This document shows positions 1-12,622 of a stretch of DNA of 64,000 bases, in pieces. Position numbers and translations under genes: made by a program. Each line of letters begins with the position of its first letter. The stretch's first letter is position 1. The stretch lies in contig OZ024743.1 in NCBI GenBank assembly GCA_964016885.1, positions 153,574,001 through 153,638,000 of the forward strand. Direction: 5' to 3'. This DNA comes from Eledone cirrhosa (taxonomy: Eukaryota). The notes below the pieces were generated by a model. It made no database searches and had not been told where the DNA came from. It was given only the letters and a program-made list of their open reading frames with translations.

Positions 1-140
1 ATTGCCTCATGTGTTTTGTTCATTCATTTTCAACAATACATATATATGTATATGTGTACATGTGACTATATATATCTATATTCATAGAAGTATGACATGC
101 ACATGAAACCACCCCCACCCACAGACATACACACATACAT

Positions 141-474
141 ATCATAATTTCATTTTACATCCGCTTTTTCCCTACTTGCAAGGGTGGGACGGGAACTGAT
201 TCTGGCTTGATTTCTACAGCTGGATGCCCTTCCTAACACCAACCTCATTTACAGTGAGTGCCGGGTGCTTTTTTGCCGTGGCACCTCCACGACCACTTTG
301 CAGTGGAATGATAGCGACCCCAGTCCCTATCATCTCATTTCTACAGCTGAGTAAACTGGAGCAATGTGAAATAAAGTGTCTTGCTCAAGGAAACAACACA
401 TCACCTGGTCTGAGAATTGAACTCACAACCTTTTGATTGCAAGGCCAATGCTCTAACCACTAAGCCATGTGCCT

Positions 475-476
<2 letters not shown>
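141..476 (-). mobile_element. SINE family A (tRNA-derived head, CORE-like centre, RTE-derived tail), full length
   Basis: Minus strand starts GGAGGCACATGGCTTAGTGG (A-box) ... GAGTTCAATTC (B-box), then CCTTGAGCAAGACACTTTA CORE-like block and a tail shared with RTE 3' ends. Near-identical copies at 26429-26771 and 36866-37194. Confidence 0.85.
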
Positions 477-1185
<709 letters not shown>

Positions 1186-1207
1186 ATATATATATATATA
1201 TATATAT

Positions 1208-1949
1208 AATCATCATCATCAACGTTTAAACGTTTAACGTCCGTGTCTTGCTCACATAGGACTGTCTGGCAGGTTTTCTACAGTTGGATGCCCTTCCTAA
1301 CACCAACCACATTTACAGTGTGGGTCTGGGAGGTTTTTACCGTGTTGCCTACACGGCCAGATTACAGCGTGGACTGTGTGTTTTTTTGTCGTGACACCTA
1401 CATGATCTCATTTGTTTCGGCCTGGATGGTGTGGCACCAACATAACTTTACATAGAAGGGGGCGGTGTGGATGGGGTGGGGGTGGTTGGATGGGGGTCTA
1501 TTTTGTTAGAGATGCCTACTGACTGTAGTAGGTTTTACTTTGTATTTAGGTAAGGCGGGTCTTCTCTATTACTGAGTACCACCAAAGGTCTCGGTCCAGT
1601 GACATTGTCTTGGTGAGGTGTAAGTGTGTGAGGTCGGAGTTTATCAGCTCGTCCCAGGTTTTTCTGGGTCTGTCTATTCCATGGCTACCGTCTATCTTGC
1701 CCTGCACTTTGTTATACAGCTATCGTCCTTCATGCGCATCACGTGACCATACCAACATAGCCGTCTCTCGAGTAGACAACATCTGATCCCTCTTATTTCT
1801 AATTTTTTCCTTAGTTCGTTTATGCTTTGTCGTTCACGTATATTACTATTACACATCCAGCGGAGCATGCAAGCTTCGTTTCTCTCTAGTCTGCGTATAT
1901 CTTCTGCACACAATGCCCAGGTCTCACTGCCATGCAACATTGCTGTTCG

Positions 1950-1950
<1 letters not shown>
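1208..1950 (-). mobile_element. 5'-truncated RTE LINE (ORF C-terminus plus 3' UTR)
   Basis: Encodes [33 protein letters not shown]...; nearly identical to 48618-49400. Confidence 0.9.
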
Positions 1951-1985
<35 letters not shown>

Positions 1986-1992
1986 TATATAC

Positions 1993-2100
<108 letters not shown>

Positions 2101-2293
2101 ATAGAGGTGTAACACACAAGTTATTATATATTGGTAAACGGAATAGAAAATGCTGACAAATTGTTCACAGTTGAAAAATGGTTTAATTAGGAATAAAAGA
2201 GTATTAGTGATTGTATGGGTTAGTATTCAGTTGTGGTTTTAAGTTTTTAAGTTTTTACCGGTTGCGCATTTCTAAATGCTTTTCAAAAATAAG

Positions 2294-2359
2294 TTTGAGA
2301 TAGAGTGTCCGTGCTGTTTGCTCTGATCAGAGCAAACACCACGGACACTCTATCTCAAA
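2294..2359. repeat. 66-bp loop-less palindrome
   Basis: TTTGAGATAGAGTGTCCGTG...CTCTGA|TCAGAG...CACGGACACTCTATCTCAAA, one mismatch. Confidence 0.9.
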
Positions 2360-2362
2360 ATT

Positions 2363-2583
<221 letters not shown>

Positions 2584-4639
2584 TGGATGGTGCATGGAAA
2601 AATGGATGTTAAATGGTTATTATGAAATATATATTGGAATCTCCTGTATAAGGTTAGACTTTTCAATATTTCTTGTTTATATTTCCTAATATTACATTTT
2701 GAGTATTAAATGTTCGCCTTTATATCACAGGTCAGCTATTATTTGCTATATATATATATATATGTATATATACATAAACTGTATTATGTTTATATGTGTA
2801 TATGCGGCTAGCTTGTCAAATGCATTGTTTAGCGTGAATTCCTTTGTTTGAATTCAACCACCAAACCACGTGTTTTAGTCTCGATAGATTCCTTCATTTT
2901 TCTCATTAGAGGAAGCGTGTAAGAATGGCAAGAACTACTCGATTGCTTGGCCAGTGGTAACGGCCAACACACACTATATTTACCTATCTTATGACTTGGG
3001 TAACCTCTGGTTACATAAATATCTGCTGATATTACTTGATTTTCTGAACATTGGGGATATAACACCTGCATTTGTGAAGTTATGTTGCACAGAACCGATA
3101 TAGACCAGGAGTTGAGACTTTTACCTTTCTCTCTAGCAAAGACACAACCACCATATCAACTATTAACTAAATATGTGCACTCTGAACAGCTGATTGCAAC
3201 TGCATTACTGCAATTTGGCAGATTCATTGAGTGAGCTAGACATTGACGTAATACCATTAATCTTCATTAATTTTATAAAAATTATATATTAAAACGCTTT
3301 GCAACAACAAAATCTGGAGTCTATCCAACTGTTTGATATCTAGAGTGACATTTGTTATAGTCCTGGATTAACCAAACCAAGTGACTGATTTGTTATACAG
3401 AAAGGTATAAAGCCTTTCAGTTGTGTGCATTTGTATGTCTGTGTATTTGTTTCTTTCTGCCTCTTCTTGTTTCTTCACATAATAGAATTATGGTTGCTCA
3501 TTAATTAAATGTGCTAAGTGAAGGTGAAATGCAGGCATAACAATCATTGTGTTTTTTTGTGAACTGAGGAGTGGTTGAACATGTTTGCACTTCATATGTC
3601 ATTATTTTGACACCTAGAGCTTCTAATTAAATAATTACAGCATATCTACTTTAAGCAAGCCATAAATCTACAATTATATGCTGTTTTAGCATAACTATTT
3701 ATTATATATATTTATCTTTATCTTCATCATTTAAAGTCAGTTTTCCCTCTTAGCACAGGTTGGATGGGTCATCGCAGACCAAGACTATATTATCAAGCCT
3801 CTGAGCAATCAGATTAGCTGGGGGCAGGATTTCACATACATATGTTCCTGCAGAATTTCACTTACATTTATTGTGGCATGAGGATTAAGGGGGTTGTCAT
3901 GATCTTGACACAACTGAAGAGTCCTTTTAACCATATGTTTGGTAAGTGTCATATGGCTGGATGCCTATCATGTACTAGCAGCATTTCATTGTATCACCAA
4001 CACTAGAAAGATTATTGCGTTATTGGCACAACTGAAGTGTCCTCTCAAACCTTCTTTTTTGTGTGTCATGGCTTCTACTACACGGTTGTCTTTTTATCAC
4101 CAACCACACTACAGGATTTACTGAGTGGTTGACATCTAAAACCTTTTTGGTATGATTTCTATGGCTGAAAGTCTTTAAATGATGGACTTTGCATAGTTTC
4201 CATCCATCAAATCTTTTTCAAAAAGAATTAGTCAAAGTGAGGCAAAAGAAGACATTTGTCAAAGATGCTGAGCAACTGAGTTGAACCACAAGCCAACTGG
4301 CTGCCAGAAAACCTTTTAACCATACACATGTCTGGCCTTACATTTTTGTTATTCCTTAGCTCTAGGTCATACCTGATTGAACAGACATACGTATGATTAG
4401 GAGTACGTAATTTGAAATGTCCATTTCTTTTTAGTTGTATGTATGTCAAGAGAGATTTAGCTGCTTTTTCAATGAGGTTGAATAACTCAGTAGAGATTCT
4501 CTACGTGGCTCATAATAGTTTTAGTCTTAATTACAACATAACTGGTTCTTTCAGATTCATTATATTCTTTATCACGGTGATGCATTATAAATGTCATTTT
4601 TGGGGGGTAGATCTAAAAGCATAATAGAAAGTTAAAGAA

Positions 4640-5662
4640 TGGGGTGGAAAATATTCAAGGATCTATTACCTCTGCTGACAATGGAGAGATTCTCTGCATG
4701 AAGGACAGATGATTTGGTCCTTAAAGTTGAATCCATAAAATAACTAGAAAAGTTATGGACCTGGAATTTGGAATCAAAAGGTCTGACAGTAAACTTAGCC
4801 AAAATTAAAGTTCTAATGAGTTGGAAATGATAGGACCCTGATCCATTTTGTGAAGTGGTCCTGCTCCATATGTAGAAAAGGAGTAGGTATAAAGTCCATA
4901 TGGTGTACACAATATAAATATTGTAGTGGGATAATAGGTTGACTTAAAGGAATAAAAGACTTTGTATTTAGAAGATGCTCAGGAATAGTCAAGGGAAAGA
5001 GTGCCAGTGATATAAACCTTTTCAAGTCACTTGTTATGTGCTGAGAAGTGGTTGGTAGCTTCAATCTTGATGACCCAATTAGCTGTGAAGACAGTTGCTC
5101 TGAGTACAACATAATAGCTAGAATAAGGATAGGATGGAAGAAGTTTAGTGTACTGCTCCCTCTATTGACTACAAACGTTTTCTCCAGACATATAAAAGTT
5201 CAATTGTATGATGCCTGTGTGATAGGTGTGATGTTGCATGTTAGTGAAACATGTGCAGTGACTGCAGAAGATATGCAGAGACTGTAGTGAAATAAAGCAT
5301 GGCTGCCTCATTGGATGTACAATGTAAATTTGAGAGAAAGGCAGATCTTGGATGAACTGAGGGTGAAGCTGGGTTTAAGAGAAATCGAAGGGGGTGTGCA
5401 GGAGAGACAACTGCATTGGCATGGACATGTGATGTGCATGGATGATGATTGCTAGGTGAAGAAGTGCCAGGAAATGCCAGTGGAAGAAGCCACACTAGAG
5501 GTAGAAAGACCTGGGCAGAAGTGGTGACAGGTGACCTCAAATCACTGAGACTCACCAAGTAGATGATGAAAAAATACGAGTGGAATGATGCTGTGCTGAG
5601 AAAAACCCAGCCAACTCATTCAAGCATGGAAAAACTGGCATAAAAACGATGATAATGATGAT
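4640..5662 (+). mobile_element. Old degenerate RTE LINE 3' half
   Basis: Remnants of LESKGL.VNLAK, a Cys-rich segment, ARIRIGWKKF...LYDACV...MLH.SET, and a 3' GCATGGAAAA...GATGAT tail; many stops and frameshifts. Confidence 0.8.
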
Positions 5663-6482
5663 ATATATATATATGGGTCTGGGCATGTGTTTATTTCTCC
5701 AAAATATCTTCCCCCTCTCATGCGAGCATGGAAAGAACAGACATAAAATTATCATCATGATGGTACTATTTGCTTAACAAACCTGCTTCAATAAACAATA
5801 GTTGTTTTATTTATTGATAAAGACATTTGGATACATGGATAATGTTGAAAATATACGAATATGTACTATTTCATAATCTTTAGCTTTTAGTTATCTTGTT
5901 TCCTACATTTGATTTTCGTATCGCAAATGTAACATTGAAATATATGATGTATTATAATGCCACCAGAGGTATGGACCATTAATGTTGGTCAGATTAAAGT
6001 TTCTCACCACAAAACAAAAGATATATTATATAGTTTTGGTGGTTGATTCTTTTCTAGGCTGTAATTACTGAAAAATATGAGACCAACAGATAAAAACCAT
6101 GCTTTTAGTCCGCAGTAATAATGGGGATATGTTCAACCAGTAAAGCAGCTTCAAAGTTAATATTGTTCTGCTTCTCCTGTTTCTTATATTATTTTTATAT
6201 GAAAGTGGAAAATCGTATATTAACTTACATGAACATTTCCAGAGAGTTTGTTTTAGTAATCAAGATGACAATGACGATGATTTACTTTATCATTTCTCAA
6301 TATTTCTTCACCCAGTTTTCACAATCTTTTATGATTACTCAAATTAGTATGATATACTTCAAATCAGTATAATCTTCTTTGGTGGATATAACATTTCATT
6401 TCTCTTATACTTGCACATCAACGTTGTTGGTAACAAACCATTGTTCAGGTTTTAGTTTCAATTTTATATATATATATATATA

Positions 6483-6830
6483 AATGAAGTAATTCCGTCG
6501 GAAAAGTCCAGGAAAAAAGAGTGCTCTATGTAGGTAACAGAGCTTAATAGTTATGTAATAAACAACATAAGGCAATTATTTCATTTACCAGTGGTTTCTT
6601 AAAGGCAAATAAATTTTGCTTTCAATCATCAGAATGAAAAAATCCTGGTGTATTTATTGGCGTTGGATTTTAAAAACCCAACACCAATAAATACACCAGG
6701 ATTTTAAAATCCAACGCCAATAAATACACCACGATTTTTTTATTCGGATGATTGAAAGCAAAATTTATTTGCTTTTAAGAAACCACTGGTAAATGAAATA
6801 ATTGCCTTATGTTGTTTATTACATAACTAT
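6483..6830. mobile_element. Fold-back element between (TA)n tracts carrying a hammerhead ribozyme (retrozyme/PLE pLTR-like)
   Basis: ~6547-6675 is the reverse complement of ~6702-6830, with a stuttered 30-bp junction between them. Confidence 0.75.
6578..6640 (-). ncRNA. Type I hammerhead ribozyme (minimal stem III)
   Basis: TTTCATT-CTGATGA-TTGAAAGCAAA/TTTGCCTTTAA-GAAAC-CACTG-GTA^AATGAAA. The inverted copy at 6737-6798 has core CGGATGA (mutated). Confidence 0.8.
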
Positions 6831-6840
6831 ATATATATAT

Positions 6841-7195
6841 ATGACACACGACTGTGACCTCTGGCGTCACGCAGTAATACAGAGTACCCGACCTCTCATG
6901 GGTACAAGCTGAAGCATATAGACAATATGCCCCCACACCCCCCACCGCAATGTGGTCGTGGAGGTGCCACGGCAAAAAATCCCCCAGCCCACACTGTAAA
7001 GTGGACGTGTAGGCGCCACGAAAAAGCACCCAACACTCACTGTAAATGAGGTTGGTGTTAGGAAGGGCATGCAGCTGTAGAAATCAAGCCAAATCAGTTC
7101 CTGTATGAGCAAGGCATGGTCAGCCGACCAGACACTGCCCACAACAGGACAACCCGTCTAACCCATGCTAGCGTGGAAGAACGGACGTAAAACGG

Positions 7196-7225
<30 letters not shown>
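6841..7225 (+). mobile_element. 3' end of a second RTE family (putative partner LINE of SINE A)
   Basis: Translates MTHDCDLWRHAVIQSTRPLMGTS*, homologous to DRDLWRYSVIEKTRLT*. The 3' UTR matches the SINE A tail and ends in (GAT)n. Confidence 0.75.
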
Positions 7226-7226
<1 letters not shown>

Positions 7227-7709
7227 ATATATATATAAAGTTGAAATTATAGGAGCCAAGAAAACTATTGTGGCTGATGAAACAAGAGTAAAAGTGTGAG
7301 AAAGTTTTAAAGTTCTAAAATTGTTATTGTTACACATTAATAAATACATAAAGAAAGAATGGGTGAAATAGAAATGATGCAGATAGATAAATACTGAATT
7401 GATAGCAACAAAAAATTAAAAGAATGAAAACCTAACTTTGATAATCTGTGATTTTGTTACACTTCAATGCAAACTTTGAATTTTTTTGGCAATCAGATAA
7501 CAAATCTGGTCAGGGAATATTCTTACAAGAATATATGATCACCAAAATATGTTAGAGGTATATAATTATAAAGTGGAAATTAACATCAATGATTAATGAT
7601 CTGCTATTGCTGACAATTATATAGAAAGAAAGACAAAGGTTTGTGTATGTGTGTGTATATATATATATATATATATAAATATATATATAACTATATATAT
7701 AACTATATA

Positions 7710-7769
<60 letters not shown>

Positions 7770-7821
7770 CATGTATATATATATACATGTATGTATATAT
7801 ATATGCATATATATATATATG

Positions 7822-7888
<67 letters not shown>

Positions 7889-7900
7889 GTATATATATGT

Positions 7901-7934
<34 letters not shown>

Positions 7935-8176
7935 ATATACATACAAAAAGCGGACGTAAAATGATGATGATGATGATGATATACATATAAATGTAAGTAA
8001 TAGTTCATTGTTCCAACTGATTATATGTTCTATGTTTTTTTTTGTACAGGATATATAAATTGTTGCATCAATTACAATGACTTGTGATTTCCCTCTGTTC
8101 AGAAATATTAGTGCCTTTACATTGAGGGGTTATTGGCCAACAAGTCAATATACTTTTTATACTCCAACGTTTTAAT

Positions 8177-8265
<89 letters not shown>

Positions 8266-9046
8266 ATAATAATAAATTTGAAGACTAAAATCCAAAGAGG
8301 GCTCGATAAGGATAAATATATATCAGATATATAAGAACCGTAGAGCAAATAAATATATATATATATGTAAACGTTTTATTTAAAATTGTTGGGCTACAAC
8401 GAGTAAATATTTTATAACTGATATAAAGCACTCAACAAGTTTTGGAGTAGATATACGATATTAAACAAATGGAAACTATATTTATAAAACCATATTTATT
8501 TCATTATACATATTTCAGGGATAACATATTAAAAATATGGCATGCCTTCTTCAGATAAAATACAATATATAAGCAGTTTTATAAATAAATTTGACGTACC
8601 ATAAAATATTGATCAACTTCCATTTAAAAAGTTGGTTTGGTAGTGAAAATGTTTGTACATATTTAGTGTTAAGCACAGTTAGAAAGAAAGACGGAGAGAA
8701 GGAATAAATGTATGTAAAGAAAAACAGAGAGAGATAGAGAGAGATATGGGAGAGAGAAATAGTGAGGAGGTGAAAAATGAGAGGCAGCTGAGGCAACAGA
8801 TGAATAATAATAATAATTCATCATACAAATTGAGAGGTTTGGGAGGGAGGGAGTACTGTAATTATTTATTTATTTATTTATTTAGTTATAGTGTTAAGGA
8901 GACGGAGAGAAATAAAAAATAACTAAAGAGAAAACAGCGATACTTAAATTACATCATTTATAGAGGGAGGAGAAGAAAGAGCTATATCTAGAGAGAAGGA
9001 TGACAGATTTACAACTTTACGTTATGTCCTATCAATTTGATAGGAC

Positions 9047-10015
9047 ATAAGTTTTAACTCTAATCACCCCAGATCTGTTAAAAATACTATAGTGAACTCT
9101 GTTCAAGAACGTATCTCAAGAATTTTATCTAATAAAAATATTTTCGACGAAAAAGCGCAGTATTACAATGAAGCGTTAGCTAGAGCAGGATATAGTGATA
9201 AAATTATGTACATCGATAATAATAGGCAAACTAACCAATATAACAACAATTTTAATTACGGTAACAACTTTAACAACTATAATAGAAAACATTACAATAA
9301 TTCCAAAAGGCAGAAAAGAAATAGAACTAGAAATATAATATGGTTTGCCCCCCCCCCCCCCTTCTCACTAAATATTAAAACCCACATTGCTAAACTATTT
9401 TTTAATGCTCTTGACAAACGCTTCCCTAGAACACATAAATATCACCCAATTTTTAATAGACATACTATAAAATTAACTTACTCGTCCACCAAAAATTTAG
9501 CACAATATATTAACAGAATAAATAATAGGAATCTAAAACCTAGCCAAAATACCGATAATAGCCTAAACAATATTCAATTAAACAACTGCAACTGTAGAAA
9601 TAAATCTAAATGTCCGTTAAATAACAATTGCTTAGTTAAAAATATAATATACAATTGTAATGTTAAAACTGACTTAAATTCTTTTAACTATGTTGGTTCC
9701 ACCTCGACAGAATTTAAACTTCGCTATAATAATCATAAGAATTCTTTCACAGATCCAGGCAAAAAATCTTCAACATCATTATCAAGCTTACTCTGGCAAC
9801 TTAAACATGATAACGTTGGATATTCGTTGTTTTGGAATATAGTCTCAAGAGGGATTCCTTTTAATTCCTCATCTGAGACATGTGACCTCTGCGTGGAGGA
9901 GATATTCTTTATATTAAAATCTAAAAATTCCCTTAATCTAAGGAGCAATTTATTCAGTTGCTGCAGACATAGATTGAACTCAACGTTTAAATATAAATAT
10001 AAATTTAAAATGTAG
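9047..10015 (+). CDS. PLE ORF C-terminal part: thumb, Asn-rich linker, Cys-rich motif and GIY-YIG endonuclease (5'-truncated)
   Basis: SNHP...RIS, RNIIWFAPP, CNCRNKSKCPLNNNC, NIIY...YVGST...FKLRYNNH, CDLC.EE, SCCRH motifs; reading frame open from 9047. Confidence 0.85.
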   Translation: MSFNSNHPRSVKNTIVNSVQERISRILSNKNIFDEKAQYYNEALARAGYSDKIMYIDNNRQTNQYNNNFNYGNNFNNYNRKHYNNSKRQKRNRTRNIIWFAPPPPFSLNIKTHIAKLFFNALDKRFPRTHKYHPIFNRHTIKLTYSSTKNLAQYINRINNRNLKPSQNTDNSLNNIQLNNCNCRNKSKCPLNNNCLVKNIIYNCNVKTDLNSFNYVGSTSTEFKLRYNNHKNSFTDPGKKSSTSLSSLLWQLKHDNVGYSLFWNIVSRGIPFNSSSETCDLCVEEIFFILKSKNSLNLRSNLFSCCRHRLNSTFKYKYKFKM

Positions 10016-11356
10016 TATATTTAGTTAAGATATTTATTTAATCAATTATGAAACCTGACGATAAATCTTTCGATTCCTTCAACTTTTTCTTTTTTAAACC
10101 TTCTTCATAAATATATACTAATGATGTAATTAAACTACCCTAAAATGTTGATGCTCCCAATCTATTGAATAAATTTTACGCTAGATAAACTTCTATACTA
10201 AATATAAGAGCATCTGTAGAACAACAGGGTCTCCTAAATCTTTTAAATGATTTCTGCTAAATAAATCTTGTTGAATAATTTTTGTTTTTTGTTTGCTTTT
10301 GATTCTGATTGCTTCTAATGAACTTGGCAATATATTGTCAGATAAATTGGAAGGGTTGATTTCTGTGGTTGATATGGGGGGCATACTGTGTTTTTTTAAG
10401 GCCCTAGATACTCTAGGGAGTGATGAAAGTATTCTTAGCGTTTTGATATATTGATATCTGTTGTCTATTCTATACATGAACGATAATCATGTATGTGAGG
10501 GCATGAATATTAATATTAATATATATTTTTATGTATGTGTATGTATGTATATATATATATAGTAAAATCTTTTATAACGCAAAGGAAAATTTTTTCATGT
10601 GAAATAAGAAATTACAGAGCTGATCACGTAAGTTCATGTGTATCTCTATAGTGTCAACTAGAACTTGAGATGACCTTCTCTTTTTCTCTTTCTTTCTTTT
10701 TCCGGAAAGTACATATATACTTATGTATTTTTGAAGTTTTATCTCAGGTTTTGGTATATCGACCTAAGAATTTTTAAACTAAACATATGGTCATTATTTT
10801 TCACACATTATATATCTATGTCTCATTCATGAATATTGATATTTTCATTATAATACCCAATTCATATGAATTGATAATTCAAGTTGATAGGACATAACGT
10901 AAAGTTGTAAATCTGTCATCCTTCTCTCTAGATATAGCTCTTTCTTCTCCTCCCTCTATAAATGATGTAATTTAAGTATCGCTGTTTTCTCTTTAGTTAT
11001 TTTTTATTTCTCTCCGTCTCCTTAACACTATAACTAAATAAATAAATAAATAAATAATTACAGTACTCCCTCCCTCCCAAACCTCTCAATTTGTATGATG
11101 AATTATTATTATTATTCATCTGTTGCCTCAGCTGCCTCTCATTTTTCACCTCCTCACTATTTCTCTCTCCCATATCTCTCTCTATCTCTCTCTGTTTTTC
11201 TTTACATACATTTATTCCTTCTCTCCGTCTTTCTTTCTAACTGTGCTTAACACTAAATATGTACAAACATTTTCACTACCAAACCAACTTTTTAAATGGA
11301 AGTTGATCAATATTTTATGGTACGTCAAATTTATTTATAAAACTGCTTATATATTG

Positions 11357-11422
11357 TATTTTATCTGAAGAAGGCATGCCATATTTTTAATATGTTATCC
11401 CTGAAATATGTATAATGAAATA
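11357..11422 (+). ncRNA. Type I hammerhead ribozyme in PLE pseudo-LTR
   Basis: TATTTTAT-CTGAAGA-AGG...CCT-GAAA-TATGT-ATA^ATGAAATA; short near-palindromic stem III. Inverted copy at 8497-8562. Confidence 0.7.
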
Positions 11423-11534
11423 AATATGGTTTTATAAATATAGTTTCCATTTGTTTAATACCGTATATATATGTATATATATATATATATATATATGCGT
11501 GGAAGATGGACGTTAAACGAACGAACGAACGAAC

Positions 11535-12175
11535 GATATATAATTAAATAAACAAGAGAGATGAACACTGATATAAATATACATGTGTTCGAATTGTAAG
11601 GATTAAGTTCGGAAAACCTTTTTTCTGAGAGATATTTAATGGTAAGAAACTACTCTGAGTTTCTAACTCACTATATATTTGTCGGCTCCATCATGTTGAG
11701 CTAATTTTAATGTCTTGTTAACCAGGCTGCTATTTTTAATGGCATGGGATTTCGAGACAAGCTGGGTTCCGTAGAAAGTGCGATAATTCTTATCGCACAC
11801 AATTCAGTCTCTAATATTTTTAGATATGAAAGGATCGCTAATTTCTCAACAACTACTGAGGAGCAGAGAAAAGTGTGGACTTCACTTAAGAAGATGTTGC
11901 GAACAGTTTCCAAAACTGTCTAGTTGTTACCAGCCTTTTGCTCGATATAGGTCTGTTATTTTTCTTAATTTACTACTTAAAATTAAGTCTGACAAACCAT
12001 ATTGCTGTAGTTAGTATTTTAGCACCCGAGCAAACCTAGTCCATACGATTTAAACACATGTATGTTTATATTAGTGTTCATCTCTCTTGTTTATTCAATT
12101 ATATTACACGGCCTGGAAAAGCTTTTTTCTTAGAGCTATTTAATGGTAACAGACTACTTTGAGTTTCTAACTCAC

Positions 12176-12180
<5 letters not shown>
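11535..12180 (+). mobile_element. ~504-bp monomer element with terminal direct repeat, short inverted arm and hammerhead
   Basis: 11611-11677 repeats at 12115-12180; 11535-11600 is inverted relative to 12040-12105; sequence related to the 536-bp family at 13069-14325. Confidence 0.7.
11848..11928 (+). ncRNA. Type I hammerhead ribozyme, probably inactivated (one A missing from GAAA)
   Basis: AACAACTA-CTGAGGA-GCA...TGC-GA-ACAGTTT/AAACTGT-C^TAGTTGTT. Confidence 0.65.
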
Positions 12181-12238
<58 letters not shown>

Positions 12239-12399
12239 ATATATGTATTTGTATATATATATATATGAATGTATATATAGTGTATTTTGCAATATACTGT
12301 ATGCTTAATTAAAAGCATTTCGAAGACCTTACGCTATTGTTTTAAAGTAGTGACAATGTCACTTACTTCTATTTTCAGAAAACAAGGGGATTATCTCCC

Positions 12400-12599
12400 C
12401 TTGTCCTCACAAGCCATTCCTCAACACCTAGTTTCCTTACGGACCACCAGATGACAGATCGGGGTACCCTATCAAAGGCCTTCTCTAGGTCAACAAAGGC
12501 TAAGTATAGTGGCTTATTTTTCTCTAAGAACCTCTCTTGCCACCAAGAAGAGGGCATCTGTTGTACTCTTCCAAGGCACAAAACCAAACTGCATCTCAT
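12400..12599 (-). mobile_element. RTE RT fragment
   Basis: QERFLEKNKPLYLAFVDLEKAFDRVPRSVIWW...LGVEEWLVR, homologous to 47690-47890. Confidence 0.8.
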
Positions 12600-12622
12600 C
12601 TATATATATATATATATATATA

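Larger units (their letters stand above)
8450..11468 (+). mobile_element. 5'-truncated Penelope-like element with inverted 5' pseudo-LTR copy
   Basis: 8450-9035 is the reverse complement of 10884-11468 (~585 bp, near identical) and flanks the GIY-YIG ORF; a hammerhead lies in the repeat; the element sits in (TA)n. Confidence 0.8.

Noticed and set aside
224-436. Repeated ORF MPFLTPTSFTV... and tRNA-like A/B boxes
   Set aside because: Antisense reading of SINE A; the heads are SINE promoters, not tRNA genes.
8040-8130. Polypyrimidine tract plus AG resembling a splice acceptor
   Set aside because: All three frames hit stops within ~40 nt; no coding exon supportable.
8551-8796. Identical 81-aa ORF pair (also 11123-11368), and similar pairs at 13174/13785, 15725/16399, 35907/36241
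   Set aside because: By-products of inverted or tandem repeats; no domain-like content.
10050-10085. CTGACGA plus small hairpin after the PLE stop codon
   Set aside because: No GAAA or stem I complement follows.
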